Shown: piece after piece, positions 60,710 through 64,000 of the stretch
Position numbering within the stretch: the first letter of the stretch is position 1
How the letters are laid out: each line of letters opens with the position of its first letter
The notes under the pieces: model-generated
What the model was told of the DNA's origin: nothing
What the model saw: only the letters and a program-made list of their open reading frames with translations
Database searches by the model: none
Source: Fistulifera solaris
Taxonomy: Eukaryota
Assembly: GCA_030295235.1 (NCBI GenBank)
Contig: AP026153.1
Location: 248,001 to 312,000 of the forward strand
Length of the DNA stretch: 64,000 nucleotides
Reading direction: 5' to 3'
Made by a program: the position numbers and the translations under genes

Positions 60710-61676
60710 TTATTCATTGGACTTGACGTCGCTTGTTGTCGGTAGTTTGTTTTCGATCGAAGAGTCTTTTTCGGGCAATGATGATTCAGACGATGGAACA
60801 TCGATCTCGGGCGGCTTCAGTGAATCCAGTGACTTATACGGTGTTACAGTAGATGATGTGTCTTTAAATCGATACGTGGCTGGATTATCCGCCGAAAAGC
60901 TGACAAATTCTAAAGAACCAAGTTCGCTGAAGATGGCAATACCCAACGATAAAGCGGATATTCCGGTGAAAATCTTAGTAGAAAGTGTTAGGATCATTGA
61001 GAGGTTGCTAGGCGACATGCAAGAGGGTGAAGATGCTTACCCTGTCTCTATTTTGAGATTCGATCATCATGGCCTTGGTTTCATTCATGGCTCTTCTCGT
61101 GGCGTCTAAATTTTCAAAGACTTCATCACTTTGAATTTTGAAATATGCACCACCACCAAAGGCAATCACCGGAACCGCAAAGAGTGCATTTTCCCAACCA
61201 CCGGAGGATGACAAGAATTGACTGGCGGCAACGACGGCAAAGGAGGCAATCGCCAAACCCGTGTAGACCTGTTGGCAATCGGAGATGGATGAGGATTTAT
61301 GAGAAAAGATGTTGAGGAGCTAAGTGCACGATTTTTACCAAGTACAGTAGCGTACCTTAAAGTTGTTTGACGATTGTGTCATCATTGTTTGTGTCTCATT
61401 CATCGCCATTTGAGTGAATTCTAAATCTTCAACGAATTCCTTCCGTCGTTGATTGACCACGGCACTACCGGCAAAAGCCGATAGGGGAGTCAGTAACAGA
61501 ACCGTTTCTTTGATTCCTGGCGATGTCAGCGACAAGGCAGAAGTATCGAGTGTGGGAAAGAAGTCTCCGATCGACGTCCACAAACGCGTTCGTTTGGTAG
61601 ATGACGTCGGAGGAACGAAAAAAGCACCCGCCGGTGCAAAAAATAGCCCCAGAATGCAGATTGCGATTCGTTTCAT
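60710..61676 (-). CDS. Plastid-targeted membrane protein with internal duplication (introns 61355..61269, 61040..60974)
   Basis: AGA-FFV presequence; two TM-coiled-coil-TM units; three ORFs splice in frame with GT-AG introns. Confidence 0.75.
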
Positions 61677-62557
61677 CGCTCCATAAATAAGAAAGAGGTT
61701 ATTTACTCGAATGATTATATTAGATGTTCGAGTGAAAATGAAACTTCAGACTTGTGGCATCCCATCATCGCCATTCTCTTCAAAATGGTTTCGATGTTCG
61801 ATCGCCAATTAGTACCGGTGCGTCTTAACATTGTTTTCGTGACGTGACAGTCGCGGTCGCAATCCGGCTACACTATGGATTACAGTCCGCAGGCCATTTC
61901 GAGATGTTGAAATCCGTGCTTGTAACCTTACCTTGTATTACCAAAGCTGCCTTACGATTTTCGTTTTAAATAAGTCACCAAACATTTCATTGATGCAAAA
62001 CTAGACTAGACTTACAGAAGGTCAAGAAGTTGCAGTCTGGCTCGAAACAAGAGGGATTCCTGACTGAACTGCAGTCGTGGGGAACGTCGTCTACACTTTG
62101 ACAGTATAGTTAATTTTAAGATAACGATAGTTTATTCCCAAAGATTTAGTTTACGACGAAAATACGCACAGCTATTTTAGTCAAGATGCTGATGATTATG
62201 ATTGTTTTTTAAAAAATATAGCGGATTTTTCAAGAGCTTGCAATTTTCGGGATTTCGTGCTAGGACTGGATTTTTTTTTAGTCGTCGGAGACATTCCTAC
62301 ATTTTTTAGGATACTACTAATTAAGTTCCAAAGTGTCAACGCGCGCCACAGAACACACACAGAACGCGGCGTTTTGCTGCAAGCACGGTTTCAAACCATT
62401 TTTATTTATTTTACAGCAAAGCAGCGGCATAAAAAGAAGGTGAACGCTTTAGAGCTGTATTTTGATCCTAATAAAGCAACGAACATTCGACACAGACCTG
62501 ATTTCAACAAGGAATAGTTACAGACCGCTTCTTTTAAGTTCTGGGGAAGCTGTGACG

Positions 62558-64000
62558 ATGGCAGAAAACGAATCGTCATCTTGTTGTCAAAACCGTACTC
62601 GTCCTTGTTCGTCATCGTCCTCCGGGAAGTCCTCTTACCATGACCCCTCAACAACAACGGAGACGAAACAGTCCATACTGGCGGTGGTGCAAGAGAATGG
62701 GACGGATGTTGTCGTCTTTGATGCGTCCGGAAAGCCTCGAACCTTTCACGGCACGCAATCGTTGTGCTTTCAGACGCACGGAAATAATACGGCGGGCTAT
62801 TTATTGACGCCGTGTTTTGATGAAAATGGCAATCACGGTGATCCCGAAGAAGATTGCTTTTGCGGAATTGATACGCCACATTTACACGCTCATGCGTACG
62901 ATCCTCACGGATGTCACGATGATGCGAATTACGCGGGAGACAAAATGTCACTGCTGGCTTCGCACATTCTTCATCCCGTTACCGAAGAGAATAAAAGTTT
63001 GATCCAGATTGGTGTCTCCGAATTTATGCCGAACGAATGCAACGCTCGTGTGTGGCAAGACAAGAAAGGATATCATCCAGGCCGTCGCGTACACGAGGTG
63101 CAACACGACGATCACGTCGATTATTTAGTTTACAATCAAACGACCGGACAATTGCATTTGGAGCATCCGTGCGACGACTGTGGACAAAATGACATTCACG
63201 GCGCTTTTCGTAATATCGGTGAACGTCGCTTGAAGTTCGCGGCGGGGAATCATGCCATGCACTTTTTTCAAGTTTCGTCGAAACCCTTCACACTCCTCGA
63301 TTACATCCATTCAGCTTTTGATATCCACTCGGATCGTGTCGCGGCCGCGACGCTGGATCACGGCACTATTGAGCGTTTCCCGTCCTCCCGACCAGTGCAC
63401 GAGATTGTTTCCTCGACCCTTTCTTGTGGAGGTATTTGTTGTGCTTCTGAATCTCCGATCATTGAGAAGCGACTGTCGGTAATACCTGGTGTAGAAAAGG
63501 TGATGATCAATGTACCTCTCAAACAAGTGATTGTGAAGCACAATCTGCACTTGGTTACCGCCAAAGAGCTCGAGCGGGCTTTGAATGAAGAAAACATGAA
63601 GGCCACGATAATGCGAGACGGAGGCGCCAGCAAGCCATCCTCTCGCTCTCAGTTTTTCGTGCGGCACATTTGTTGTGCCAGCGAAATACCGGCCATTCGG
63701 AAAATAGTAGAGCCCATACCAGGAGTGACTGCGGTTGCGATCAATACGACGACGAAGGCTGTTTATGTGGATCATGAAACAACAATTGTGTCAGCGCAAG
63801 AGATTTGTGACGCTTTGAATCGAGAAAAGTTTGGTGCCGAAATCCGGTACGACGCAGCGACCAGCACTGCAGCTTCTTTAACGAGTTTTGTTCAATCCAC
63901 TTTATCGCTGGACGATCCCGCCGATCGTCCCAACTCAGACACGCTCAAAAGAGAGCTACTTGGCGAATTTGATAACTCACAAATCGAATCGATCCTTGTG
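62558..64000 (+). CDS. Heavy-metal-associated protein, probably the N-terminus of a Zn/Cd P1B-type ATPase (partial, open to window end)
   Basis: Open frame from ATG 62558 with no stop, so it is absent from the ORF track. His/Cys-rich region followed by HMA domains GGICCASESPII..PGV and RHICCASEIPAI..PGV. The ATPase core is not in the window. Confidence 0.85.
   Translation, partial: MAENESSSCCQNRTRPCSSSSSGKSSYHDPSTTTETKQSILAVVQENGTDVVVFDASGKPRTFHGTQSLCFQTHGNNTAGYLLTPCFDENGNHGDPEEDCFCGIDTPHLHAHAYDPHGCHDDANYAGDKMSLLASHILHPVTEENKSLIQIGVSEFMPNECNARVWQDKKGYHPGRRVHEVQHDDHVDYLVYNQTTGQLHLEHPCDDCGQNDIHGAFRNIGERRLKFAAGNHAMHFFQVSSKPFTLLDYIHSAFDIHSDRVAAATLDHGTIERFPSSRPVHEIVSSTLSCGGICCASESPIIEKRLSVIPGVEKVMINVPLKQVIVKHNLHLVTAKELERALNEENMKATIMRDGGASKPSSRSQFFVRHICCASEIPAIRKIVEPIPGVTAVAINTTTKAVYVDHETTIVSAQEICDALNREKFGAEIRYDAATSTAASLTSFVQSTLSLDDPADRPNSDTLKRELLGEFDNSQIESILV

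Noticed and set aside
1..64000. Programmed ribosomal frameshifting or mass pseudogenisation
   Set aside because: Indels go both ways, sit in homopolymers and hit essential genes that otherwise show no decay. Sequencing error is more parsimonious.
1..64000. tRNA, rRNA, CRISPR arrays, intact transposons
   Set aside because: No cloverleaf or rRNA signatures, regular repeat-spacer arrays, or transposase/RT motifs seen by eye. A tRNAscan/Rfam run would be needed to exclude small RNAs.

Overview
Compact, gene-dense eukaryotic nuclear DNA with short GT-AG introns. It is almost certainly a diatom: it has bipartite 'ASAF'-type plastid presequences, an Lhcr/FCP antenna gene, a single-domain EukCatA-like channel and a DUF6824-type protein. 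I can support about 38 protein-coding genes. Housekeeping genes include RPL14, VPS35, RPT2, COPB2, CSN6, NDUFAF6, PDCD2, ATP synthase b and HisIE. Plastid-targeted proteins include ClpR, Lhcr, a TLDc protein, a Lon-N protein and several unknowns. There are also regulators (CCT, Zn2Cys6, DUF6824), glycosyltransferases (GT34 and a tandem GT90 pair), a divergent EF-1alpha, two members of an RNI/LRR-like family and the 5' end of a heavy-metal (HMA) transporter. About 20 single-base indels in homopolymer runs break otherwise conserved genes, in both directions. They are most likely assembly errors, so gene models are given as repaired spans. No rRNA, tRNA, CRISPR array or intact transposon was seen. 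The most interesting items are: a spliced secreted Asp-rich peptide precursor missed by the ORF track; a Cys-module secreted protein; a plastid membrane protein built by exon duplication; a His/Cys-rich domain ahead of CCASE HMA repeats; a repeated motif in the VPS35 N-extension; two tiny direct-repeat-flanked insertion scars; and recurrent intergenic TAC-Nn-GTA motifs. I did not find a clear multi-gene novel system.
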